DNA from: an uncultured Verrucomicrobiae bacterium
GTDB lineage: Bacteria; Verrucomicrobiota; Verrucomicrobiia; Chthoniobacterales; UBA10450
Direction of reading: 5' to 3'
DNA length: 64,000 nt
Assembly: GCA_963834385.1 (NCBI GenBank)
Contig: CAWIBO010000002.1
Location: 832,001 to 896,000 of the forward strand
Shown here: piece after piece, positions 19,250 through 29,436 of the stretch
Position numbering within the stretch: position 1 is the stretch's first letter
Layout of the letters: each line of letters begins with the position of its first letter
Program-made: the position numbers and the translations under genes
The notes under the pieces: model-generated
Told to the model about the DNA's origin: nothing
Database searches by the model: none
What the model saw: only the letters and a program-made list of their open reading frames with translations

Positions 19250-19353
19250 ATATTAGTTTCGAACCTCAGCGCCTCTTTGCGTCCTTCGATTCGCCCTCCG
19301 GCGACCGGCCGGTCGACGTCTTCGAGGGAGGAGGGAGGGTTAAAGGAGAATAT

Positions 19354-19875
19354 ATGGAAGAAAAACCAAAAGAACAGGATCGGGAGAATCGGGATCCCAT
19401 CACCGGACAACCGGGCTCACACCCGATGGGTGCCGGGCTTGGGGCCGCGGGCGGCGGCGTGGCCGGGGCCGCGATTGGGGCGGCCGTGGGCGGTCCGCTC
19501 GGGGCGGCGGTTGGCGCGGTCGTGGGCGGCGTGGCGGGCGCCTTTGGCGGCCGCGGCGTGGCCGAGGCCATGCACCCGACGCATGAGGAAAGCTACTGGC
19601 GGGAGCACCATTATCATCAGCCCTCTTCCTCGGATAAATTCTCGTTCGAGGATTTCGAGCCGGCCTACCGGACCGGTTACGAGGGCGTGCTGAAGTATGC
19701 CGGGCAGCGCTATGAAGATATTGAGGGCGACCTGGCGCTGGACTACGAGCGCAACCGGGCCGGCTCCGCCCTGCCCTGGGACGAGGCACGCCATGCCACC
19801 CGGGCCGCCTTCTCCAAGGTGAGCAATGTGGTCGCGCCCCGCGATACCTCGCGCGGGATGCGCGGCGGAATCTAG
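19354..19875 (+). CDS. Glycine-zipper-containing conserved protein
   Basis: NRDPITGQPGSHPMGAGLGAAGGG..GPLGAAVGAVVGG, YWRE, PAYRTGY, LPWDEARHA; strong AAGGAG RBS. Confidence 0.75.
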   Translation: MEEKPKEQDRENRDPITGQPGSHPMGAGLGAAGGGVAGAAIGAAVGGPLGAAVGAVVGGVAGAFGGRGVAEAMHPTHEESYWREHHYHQPSSSDKFSFEDFEPAYRTGYEGVLKYAGQRYEDIEGDLALDYERNRAGSALPWDEARHATRAAFSKVSNVVAPRDTSRGMRGGI

Positions 19876-19896
19876 GGCGCCGCGCCGACGGGAGCG

Positions 19897-20562
19897 TTAC
19901 GCCGCAGCCACGGCCGCGGCGGGGGCGGTGTATTCATCGACCAGGGCGAGAAACGGGTCGATATCGAAAGGCTTGGTCAGGTAGTTGCGCGCACCGGCCC
20001 CGAGAAGACGCTCGATCTGGCTCGAGGTGGCGTCGGCGCTCAGCACCACGACCGCGATGTCCCGGGTGCTGCCCTGCAGTTGCAGCGCCTGGAGCACGTC
20101 GGAGCCATGCATGTCCGGCAGGTTCAGGTCGAGGAGGATCAGCTTCGGCTGCAGGCTGCGCGCCATCTCGAGTCCGGCAGCGCCGTGGGTGGCGTGAAGA
20201 ACCTTCAGCTCCGGTCGGAATTCCAGGATCCGGGCCACGAGGGTGAAGTTCACCATGTCATCTTCAATGTAGAGAACGTCGCACGCCGGCGCTTCCTCCT
20301 CGCCTCCCGGGAGCATGCGCATCCCGGGGGCCGAGCCGCCCAGTTCGCTCTCGATCACCTGGAGCAGGTCGCGCGCGGAACGAAGAATCTGCTGCACGTC
20401 GCCGGTATGGCGGTAATTCGCCGGACGGAGGGAAAGCAGCTCGGCGAATCCGATGATGGCGTTTAACGGGGTGCGCAGTTTTTCGCTCAGCTTCTCGCAA
20501 AACTCCGGCGTTGCCCCCGGTTGCGCGTTTTTATCGTCTGTCTTCCGTTCCATCGTCATCAT
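19897..20562 (-). CDS. Degenerate HisKA domain fused to a receiver domain (no HATPase)
   Basis: LSEKLRTPLNAIIGFAELL, then VLYIEDD, LILLDLNLPD, LSAD, LTKPF. Confidence 0.8.
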   Translation of the reverse strand: MMTMERKTDDKNAQPGATPEFCEKLSEKLRTPLNAIIGFAELLSLRPANYRHTGDVQQILRSARDLLQVIESELGGSAPGMRMLPGGEEEAPACDVLYIEDDMVNFTLVARILEFRPELKVLHATHGAAGLEMARSLQPKLILLDLNLPDMHGSDVLQALQLQGSTRDIAVVVLSADATSSQIERLLGAGARNYLTKPFDIDPFLALVDEYTAPAAAVAAA

Positions 20563-20569
20563 TCCACGT

Positions 20570-21740
20570 TTAGCCAAAGGCAGTCAGGACCGGGCTGTCC
20601 AGTTGGAGCCCGGAAGGTTCGTCAAAAGTCTGGTAGCGAAGCTTCTTCAGCATGTCGATGTCGCGCCGCATCTTGTTCTTGTGCGCGCAGTAGATCAGCG
20701 CCGTCTCGTCGCTGATCAGGTCCTTCTTGTAGGCGTCGAGCAGGTTCTGGTCGAAACTGTGCCAGCCCATCGTTCCGCCGGCCTCGATGATCTCATGGAA
20801 GGTCCGGTTCTCGCCCTCGCCGTAGAGCAGCGTCTCCCGGGTGCGCAGGCTGCTCCCCATGATCTCGGTCACCAGGAGCCGGCCTCCCTCATTCTTGTTC
20901 ACCAGCCGCTGGCTCACCACGTAGCGGACCGTGTCGGCCAGGCGCTGGCGAACCTGCTGTTCCTCGTCCTTGGAGAACATGCCGAGGATGCGGTTGATCG
21001 TCTGCCCCGCGTTGATCGTATGCATCGTGGTGAAGACAATGTGGCCCGTCTCCGACGCAGTCAGGGCAATCTCCATCGTCTCACGGTCACGAATTTCACC
21101 GACGAGGATCGCTTTCGGCGCCTGCCGCAACGCCGCGCGCAGCCCGGTGGCGAAGTCGGGGAAATCCTTGCCCAGTTCACGCTGGCTGAAGAGCGCTTCC
21201 TGGTGCGGATGCAGAAATTCAATCGGATCCTCCAGGGTCAGGATGTGCACCCGCTGGGTCCGGTTCAGCTCGTTCAGGATGGCGGCCAGGGTCGTGGTCT
21301 TGCCGCTCCCGGTCGCGCCGGTCACGAAGATGATCCCATTCTTCTCCATGGTCATTTCCTGGAAAATGGGGGGAAGCCCGAGGCCTTCGAGGGTCGGGAT
21401 CTCGGTCTGCAGCTTGCGCATGACGATGGAGGGTCGCCCGTTCTGCCGGAAAATATTCACGCGAAAACGGGCCACGCCCGGGAGCGCATAACTGCAGTCG
21501 CACGATCCCGCCCGGGTCAGGTCGCCGGTCAGCCGCTCTTCCCCGGCGGTGACATGGCGTCCGATCATGTCGATGTGCTCCTCGCCCGAGGACAAAACCG
21601 GGCGGATCGATCGGGAACTCCTCCAGGGCGCCGTGCTGCTCCACCATGGGAGGCTTGCCGACCGCGAAGAGCAGGTCGGACACGCCGGCATGGCTCTGCA
21701 CCATGGCTGTAAGCAGGGCATCTATGGTTTCAGGACTCAC
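20570..21740 (-). CDS. pilT: PilT/PilU family type IV pilus ATPase; +1 frameshift near 21588
   Basis: N-part VSDLLFAVGKPP; C-part RFRVNIF, GATGSGKTTT, TLEDPIE, ALRQAP, GEIRD, SETGH. Confidence 0.88.
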
Positions 21741-21802
21741 GGAGAAGCTTTCGAGCCTTCTTCCATAGCGGAAACCGTGCCTCGCGGACCCCCGCGACCG
21801 AA

Positions 21803-24329
21803 TTAGCGCCACTCGTGTTTCGGATACCGCCGCTGCAGTTCCTTTTTCAGTTTCGGGTAGGTCTCCTTCCAGAAACCCCCCAGGTCCTCCGTTACCTGGA
21901 TCGGGCGATGATTTGGGGCCAGGATTTCCAGGCGCAACGGGATCCGGCCACGCCCCAGCGCCAGGCTTCGGTCCACGCCGTAGAGGTCCTGGATCCGCGC
22001 CGCCACCGTCGGGGGCAAACCCGGCCGGTAACTCACCCGGGCCATTCTCCCGCCGGGGAGTTTGACCCGCTCGGGAGCCAGTTCCTCCAGCGCCTGCAAG
22101 TTGGCCCGGGCTGAGCCAGGCCCGCAGTGTCGGCCAGACCGGCCGTTCTTTGATCTCCTTGTAGCCGGTTGCACCCTGGCAGATTTGTTCGAGAAGCAGC
22201 TCGCGGTCGGAGGGGCCCAGCGCGGGCAGATGCGCCTCCGGGAATCGCGTGGCGGCAAAGTTGAGCCGCTCGATCCATTGTTCCACCTCGTGGTTCCAGT
22301 TCTTCAGGACCAGGTTCCCGGCCGTTACTTCGCGGGCGAGCAGCGCCGCCGCTTTCGCCGGGTTCACCTTCTCCGAAATTTTCTCGGCCAGCACCAGGTC
22401 GTGGAAAAGAAGGCGTTCGCGCGCCGTGACCCGGCGCGTGCCCGGGATCGAAGACCGTTTCCGTGGCCTCGGCGTAGCCCGCCAGCTCCTCAAGCCAGGC
22501 GGGCTTGATCGCCGTGGCCAGGGTGAGCAGAACTTCGCGGTCGCCCGCGCCCGTCTCGATCTCGCGAATCTCGGAAGCGACCAGCAGTTCGGCTTCGCGC
22601 ACGGCGCTTTCACGCGCCAGAACCCCGCGCCGTCCGTGCACCAGCGCGCAGCGGAGCGTGCCGCGATCGAGCCGCACCGCCACCTGGTCCGGGAAACCCG
22701 GCCAGGGTGCATCGCTCCAGGGCATCCGGCCCTGTCTCCGTTTCCTCCACCGACAACCGCTGCTCCCGCGCAATGCGCAGAAACTGTTCCCAGAGTTGCG
22801 CCGCCTCGCGCGCGGCCGCGGCGTTGATCCCCAGTTTTGCGCAACGCTGCGGCTGGAAATTGTTTTTCTCCGCGAAGCGAAACGCGCGGATGAGGGTGAA
22901 CAGGTCGGAGGTGCCTGCGCTCGCGAAAAGATCCTCGCGGTCTTCGCGGGCCTGTTTGCTCTCCAGCCGGCGCAACAAATTTCGTCCCTGGGTCAGCGCC
23001 GCCACCAGCGCAATCGCGCGCACGCATTTTTCCTGTTCCGCCGCGAGGAGCATCCGCGCGTAACGGGGATGCACCGGGAACGCCAGCATGCGGCGGCCAA
23101 GCGGGGTGATTTTTCCCTGGGCCACCGCGCCCAGGTCGAAGAGGAGCTGCTCCGCCCGGCGCAGCGCCCGTTCCTCGGGCGCCTCCAGCCACCGGAACGC
23201 GGCCACCTCTTCCACCCCCGTCGCCTTGAGCGTCAGGACCACCTCGGCGAGGTCCAGCCGTTTCACCTCCGGAAGTTCCTGGGCCGGGCGTTCCAAATGT
23301 TCTCGCTCCGTCCAGAGCCGCAGGCAATGACCCGGCGCGGTCCGGCCCGCCCGGCCGGCCCGCTGCTCGGCCGCAGCCCGGCTGATCTTCTCCACCAGGA
23401 GGGTGTTGATTCCCCGGCGGGCGTCGAACCGCGCGATCCGCGCCAGGCCGCTGTCGATCACGGTCCGCACCCCCTCGATCGTCAGGGAAGTTTCCGCCAC
23501 GTTGGTGGCGACGATCGCCTTGCGCTTCTCATACCGGGCCAGGGCGGCATCCTGTTCCGCCGGGGTCAGCTCGCCGTAGAGCGGCAGGGCCACAAACTGC
23601 CCGCCAACCGGCGAGGCGGAAATGGCGGCCAGGGTGCGCTGGATCTCGTATTTGCCCGGCATGAAAACCAGGACGTCCCCCTTGGTGCTGCGCGCGATCC
23701 GGCTCAGTTCATCCGCGCGCCAGATCCCAGACCGGGTAGTCATCGCCGCGCACCGGCCGGTCGAGATACTCGACGGTGACCGGGTGCTGGCGCCCGGCCG
23801 AGGCGAGGATGGGACAGGGCGCGAGAAACTTCTCGAGCCGGTCGGTCTCCAGGGTCGCGGACATGACGATGATCCGAAGATCGGGGCGCGCACCGGCCTG
23901 GAGATCGAGGGCGCGGGCCAGGGTGATGTCGCCGTAGAGATGCCGCTCGTGAAACTCGTCGAAGATCAGGACGCCCACCTCGCGCAGGGTCGGGTCGTCA
24001 ATCAATTGGCGCAGCAGGACGCCCTCGGTGACAAACCGAATGCGCGTCTCCCGCGAGGTGACATTCTCGAACCGGATCTGATAACCGACCTCCGCCCCGA
24101 TTCGGCCCCGCCGCTCGGCGGCCACGCGTTGCGCGAGCAGACGGGTCGCGAGTCGCCGCGGTTGCAGGACCACGATGGAACCGGCTCCCGGCACCCCGTG
24201 GTCGAGCAGGATTTGCGGCACCTGGGTCGATTTCCCGGAACCGGTCGGCGCCTGCAGGATCAGCCGCGGTTTGTGGCGAAGTGCGGAGACGATGGAGTCT
24301 TCCAGTTCGTAGATCGGGAGGCGCTCCAT
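21803..24329 (-). CDS. hrpB: ATP-dependent helicase HrpB; four +1 frameshifts (~23717, 22692, 22442, 22099)
   Basis: APTGSGKST, QPRRLA, DEFHERH, MSAT, ATNVAETSLT, QRAGRAGR, C-terminal LAPNHRPIQVTEDL..FW...RYPKHEW. Confidence 0.9.
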
Positions 24330-24338
24330 CGGGAACGG

Positions 24339-24373
24339 AACGTCGAACGCCCAACGCCGAACGTCCAACACCT
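24339..24373. repeat. Degenerate heptamer tandem repeat (AACGYCS x4 plus one degenerate unit)
   Basis: aacgtcg aacgccc aacgccg aacgtcc aacacct. Confidence 0.7.
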
Positions 24374-24649
24374 TACGGAGGCCGGGTTTGTAACCCGGCA
24401 GTTTTCCCTTTTCTTCCCTTTCTCGCCGGTTGAAAACCCGGCCTCCATACCGTCGGCTTAAAACACGAGCGCGTTGACCAGCGCGTTCCCGACCCCGACC
24501 AAGGCGGCCGTCCACCACCTTACGGAGGCCGGGTTTGTAACCCGGCATTTTCCCGTTTTCTTCGCCGGGTTGAAAACCCGGCCTCCATACCGTCGGCTTA
24601 AAACACGAGCGCGTTGACCAGCGCGTTCCCGACCCCGACCAGGGCGGCC
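24363..24649. repeat. Two tandem ~140-147 bp units, each an inverted REP-like doublet plus the last 52 bp of the OPT gene
   Basis: Units 24363-24509 and 24510-24649; arms GGAGGCCGGGTTTGTAACCCGGC / GCCGG(G)TTGAAAACCCGGCCTCC. Confidence 0.9.
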
Positions 24650-26584
24650 CCGGCGATGAGGCCGGCGCAGATCGGTTCCAGCCCTTCCACCCAGAGACGG
24701 TGACCGGGGGTGCCGGGCTGCTGGCCGCGGCCGCGCCACCAGAAAAAGAGGCCGCCCAGCCACATGGTGAAGCAGTACTCGGGCGGCAGGATGACGCCGA
24801 GACCGATTGAGACCGAGGAAAGCGGGAACGGTTTCCGCCGGATGATGGTCATGATCTCGATAAACGCGGCGAAGAGCGCCGCCACCGCCATGGAAACCAC
24901 GGCGGAGGTGGGCAAACTGGAGATTCCCCGCGCGATAAGGTCGGCCACGCCTTTCCACTGGAGGGCCGCCGGCATGGGAAACTGTTCCGAGGCGATGGTC
25001 GCGGCGGAAAGCGCGCCCGTCGCGTCCGGGCGCAGGAAAAGAACAAAGAAGAGCGGCGTGGCCGCGAGCGCGCCCGCGAAAATGCCGATGACATGACCCA
25101 TGGCCTGCTGGCGCGGTTTCGCGCCGAGCATGTAACCCGGCTTGATATCGGAAAGGAGGTTGCCGGCGTTGGAGGCCACCTCCGCCGTCATCCCGGCGGT
25201 GATGAGGTTCGAAGCCGGGTTGGTCCGGTCAATCGCCCCGATGGTGAACTGCGTGATCTTGCTCAGCGAACCCGTCGGCGTCCACGAGGTCAGCGCCATC
25301 GAGTTCGTGCAGATAACGGTCAGGACAATGATCAGCGGCAGGGAAAGCAGGGCGAGCCAGAAGGGAACGCCAAAGAAAATGTGCGTGAGCCAGCAGCCAA
25401 ACACGCTCACCAGGGGCACGCCGACATAGGAGATCCAGAGGGGGACTTCGATGTGCTTGAGGACGTCGCCGTTCTTCGGCTTGTCCTTCTCCGAGCGGCG
25501 AAGGTTCTTGAAGACGCTGGTGAAAATTTCCGGCTTCCCGGCCAGCGCGATCAGTGAACCGACCACCATCATGGTCACGCCCCACCAGAGGGACCATTGG
25601 TTCACGATTTCCGCCCGGTTCAGCGGCACGATCGACCCGTCGGCCGCCGTCCGCGCAACGATGTCGCCCCGGGCGATCATGATCGGAGCGAGGACGAGGA
25701 AGTTTACCGCGGCGCCAAGCATCACGCTGGTGGCGACGCGGATGCCCATGAGCCCGCCCACGCCGAGCATGGCGGCGTCGAGGGTCAGGCGAAGACCGAG
25801 CGTGCGAAAATCGGTCCCGAGAATCTTCGGGATGCCCAGCTCCCACTTGGCCGCGAGAGCATAATAATATTCATCGAGCCGCTCGTGAAAAGTCCAGGGC
25901 TCGGTCCAGCCCCGCCAGCGATCAAGTCGCAGGAGCCGGAACTGCGCCAGACGTTGCAGGCCGTCGCTGATGAAAAACTGGTAAAGGCCGGTGAGACCGG
26001 CCGTGATCCCGAGCAGCCTGGCCTTGTACATGCCTTCGTCGGCCGCGCCGTGATAAAGGGCGTCCAGGACCACGCCACAGGCGCGGCCCTCCGGGAAAGG
26101 GCAGCTGGTCTTCGTTGATGAACCGGCGTTTGAGCGGAAAAGCGACCAGCACGCCCACGATCGACATCACCGACATCCAGACCAGCATCTGCCACCAGGG
26201 CACGATGATGTTGGTCACCATCATGTAGGCCGCCAGGCTCGAGATCAGCGGCACGGTCATGTAGCCGGCCGCGGTCGCGATCGATTGCATGGCGTTGTTC
26301 TCCAGGATGGTGAAATCCTTGCCCAGACCGACGCGCGCCATCGCCCGGTAAAGGGCAAACGCGAGGATCACCGAGGTCAGCCCCACCCCGAGAGTGACCC
26401 CGGTCTTGCCGCCGACATAGAGATTGGTCGCGGAAAGAATCCCGCCGAGCAGAAAACCGGTCAGCCCCGAGCGCAGGGTGAGCTGCGGCAGATCGCCGCG
26501 ATAAACGTTCTCCAGCCACCAGCGGTCTTTTTGTTCCCGGGTCCAGGTGCGGGTTTGTTCGTCCGTCAGATGCGCAAGAGCCAT
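24598..26584 (-). CDS. OPT family oligopeptide transporter; +1 frameshift near 26093
   Basis: QLTLRS, NLYVGGKTG, ILENNAMQSIATAAG, LPFPEG (across the shift), LLSDIKPGYMLGAKPRQQ, FPMPAA..WK. Confidence 0.9.
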
Positions 26585-26636
26585 GGCGGCCCATACCTCA
26601 CCCGTTCCCGCGGCCCGCGTAAACCGAAATTTTCGG

Positions 26637-27417
26637 TCAGGCCGGCACCCCGGGCTTGTGGATCAAGCCCAGCCCGCAGGCATCCTTGTAAGGCGGCCGC
26701 GGCAGGGACATCGCGCGGGACCGGCCATTGAGCAGAAATGTTTCCGCCTCGGGATGCTGCTGCCGCCATTCGCGAAAGGCTCTCCCCACCCCGCCTTCCC
26801 GCGTCACGTCGAAATCGACCGCGAACTCGCTCACGTCGTGCAGCATCATCAGTCCGCCCACCTCGAGGGCCGGGTACCAGAGCGCCAGTTCCTCCATCGT
26901 CTGCCCGTACTCGTGCGAGCTGTCGATGATCACCAGTTCCGGTGCGCCGCCGAGATACGCCGCGGCCTTCCGCCGGCGCGGAGGAATCGCGCGAGTTTAC
27001 CATCTCCACCTGCACGAAATCCTGGAGGCCGGCGCGTTGCAGCCATCGGCGCGACAGTTCACCCAGCTCCGGGTCAATCTCGAGCGTGAACAGGCCCCGG
27101 GCCGCCCCCATGCGCCGGAGCATGAACCCAAGCAGGAGCGACGAGTACCCCGCATGCGTGCCGAGCTGGACGATCCGCGCCAGCCGGTTTCCCGTGACCA
27201 GGCCCTGCAGGAGCGCGATCAGCGGCACCACGCACTCGCCGATCTGGCCGCTCCGGTCGGTCTCATCAAACCAGGCGCGCACAATCTCCCACTCCTCATC
27301 GTTGAGATCGGAGTAAATCGGCGGGACAAAATTCATCCCGGGCAGGCGATGCCACCAGTAACGCGGGTGTTCGCGTTCGCCCCAGGACCGGGAACGTTCG
27401 TCGTTATTCCGGTTCAC
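26637..27417 (-). CDS. Class I SAM-dependent methyltransferase (Methyltransf_24-like); +1 frameshift near 26970
   Basis: IVQLGTHAGYS, IIDSSHEY, LEVGGLMMLHD; GTG start overlaps the pdxH stop. Confidence 0.75.
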
Positions 27418-28061
27418 GGCGCCAGGCGTTCGATGCTCCATTCCTCCCCCGCGTCACGCCGGTAACGGAAACGGTCGTGCAACCGGTTCGGGCGTCCCTG
27501 CCAGAATTCGACCCGGTCCGGCAGGATCCGGTAACCGCCCCAGTTCGACGGGAGGGGAACCTCGTTCCCCTCGTGTTGCGCCGTTAGCTTCTCCAGCTCC
27601 GCTTCGAGCACGGCCCGGTCCCTGATCACCCGGCTCTGCCGGGAGACGGAGGCGCCCAGCTGGCTGCCGCGGGGCCGGGCATGAAAATAACGTTCCGATT
27701 CCTCCCGCGAAACGCGCGCGACGCGGCCCTCGAGGCGGACCTGCCGCTCCAGTTGCGGCCAGAAAAAAACGGCGGCGCAGGCGGGGTTCTCCTCCAGCTG
27801 CCGGCCTTTGTCGCTCTCGTAGTTGGTGAAAAAGGTGAACCCGTCCTCGTTGAAACCTTTGAGGAGGACGACCCGCGCAGCCGGTGCGCCGCCGGGTCCG
27901 ATCGTGGCCAGGGTCATGGCGTTGGCGTCGCGCAGGCCCGTCTCGACCGCGGCGGTGAACCAGAGCGCGAACTGTTTTACCGGGTCGGGATCAAGATCGG
28001 CCCGGCGCAGGCCGCGCGCGGCATACTCGGTGCGTAGACTGGCGATCTCGGCGGGATCCAC
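27414..28061 (-). CDS. pdxH: Pyridoxamine 5'-phosphate oxidase
   Basis: NAMTLAT, RVVLLK, FFTNYES.KG, RQVR, EFWQGRPNRLHDR. Confidence 0.96.
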   Translation of the reverse strand: MDPAEIASLRTEYAARGLRRADLDPDPVKQFALWFTAAVETGLRDANAMTLATIGPGGAPAARVVLLKGFNEDGFTFFTNYESDKGRQLEENPACAAVFFWPQLERQVRLEGRVARVSREESERYFHARPRGSQLGASVSRQSRVIRDRAVLEAELEKLTAQHEGNEVPLPSNWGGYRILPDRVEFWQGRPNRLHDRFRYRRDAGEEWSIERLAP

Positions 28062-28092
28062 GTTCTTCTTCTAGGCCATTTCCCGGCACGGG

Positions 28093-29419
28093 TTAAAGCT
28101 GGGAACGAAACGGGATGGCGAGAAACTCGGTGGCCCGCTCGAGAAGCGAGCGGTTGTAAAACTCGCCCAGGGTGTATTCGCGCGACTTTTCCAGGTCCCG
28201 GGCAAAAGACCTCCTCCATGGTCCGGCCGAAACCTGCACGTCGTAGACCACCAGGTCCAGCTCCTCGTTGATCTCAGAGGAGCGCGCATCAAGGTTGGAG
28301 GAGCCGATCATGGAAAAGAGTCCATCCACCACCATGGTCTTCGAGTGGATCATGGTCGGCTGGTACTCATAGATCCGGACACCGCCCTCCAGCAGCTTGC
28401 CGTAGGCGGTGCGGCCGGCTGATTGCGTCAACGGCTGGTCGTTGTGCGGGCCGGGCAGGAGCAACCGGACATCCACGCCGCGCGCCACCGCTTTCACCAA
28501 CAGCTCCACCTGGTCGTCGGTCGGCGTGCAATAGGGATTGGCAATCCAGATCCGCTTCAGGGCTGCGGAAAAAGCCGCGGCCTGCACCAGGGGGATCGGC
28601 GCATAGGAAAACGAGGTGGAGGTCACGATCTGCGCCTTCTGCGTGCCCACGCGGGGCAAAGCCCGGGAATTGGCCCGCCCCGGTCAGCGCTTCGCCGTAA
28701 CTCTTGATCCAGTGTCCCTGGAAAGCGGCCTGGAGCGCCGCCACCACCGGTCCCTCCATCTTCACGTGCGTGTCCCGCCAATGGTCCGGGTCCTGCGCGT
28801 TCCCGGACCACTCGTCGGAAAAAGCCGCCCCGCCGGTGAACCCGACCTTTCCGTCAACCACGAGCACGCGCCGGTGCGAACGCCGGTTGGTCCGGTCGAG
28901 TCGCCACGAGGAAAGCGGGTGGTAATAGGCGAACTTGCATCCGGCTTCCTCCATCATCCGGACATCGGAATTATCCAGCGACCAGCCAGAGCCGATCCCG
29001 TCGAGCAGTACGCGCACGGCCACCCCGGCCCGCGCGCGTTCGCAGAGCGCATCCCGGAAAAGATGCCCGGTGGCGTCCGACTTCATGATGTAAGACTCGA
29101 AGTTGACGGTCTCCTTCGCGCCGCGGATGGCTTCGAGCATGGCCGGAAAATATTCGTCCCCGTTCTGCAGCAGCTCGAACCTGTTCCCCTCGATCGGCAC
29201 CGGATGACTCATGGCCAGGGCCGACCCAAAAAACTCGGGCGCCTCCACGGTGAATCCGTGTTCCAGCCGGATCTCCACCGTCTGGCGCCGGACAAATAGA
29301 AGTGCGAAGACCACGACCAACCCCAGCACGGTCAGCGTCAGCGAAACCCATTCCCCCAGGGTGAGCTTCCAGTATTTCCGGTTCAGCCAATCGGAGGCTG
29401 CGGCGCTTTTGCGTGCCAT
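28093..29419 (-). CDS. cls: Cardiolipin synthase / phospholipase D family; +1 frameshift near 28663
   Basis: SHRRVLVVDG..GFTGG, WRDTH, IHSKTMVVDG..SMIGSSNLDARS. Confidence 0.88.
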
Positions 29420-29436
29420 CCCTTTTAATCGTGCCG

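Noticed and set aside
16919..19693. 924-aa plus-strand ORF
   Set aside because: Antisense shadow of the resB-like and DUF883-like genes; R/G/P-rich with no domain signal
21767..21782. Sigma54-like motif upstream of pilT (AGGCACGGTTTCCGCT, minus strand)
   Set aside because: The -12 element deviates (CCGC instead of TTGC); too weak to call without a PWM scan
21219..23327. 702-aa ORF that looks like an HrpB-PilT fusion
   Set aside because: A chance open frame threading frameshifted fragments; HrpB has its normal YPKHEWR end and stop at 21803
24363..24649. Possible mini CRISPR array
   Set aside because: Only two long units, the inter-repeat sequence is itself duplicated gene sequence, and there are no cas genes; fits a REP doublet duplication
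21803..29419. Pseudogene cluster or programmed frameshifting
   Set aside because: The indels share no slippery-site or stimulator pattern, motifs are otherwise intact and no nonsense codons were seen; sequencing error is more parsimonious
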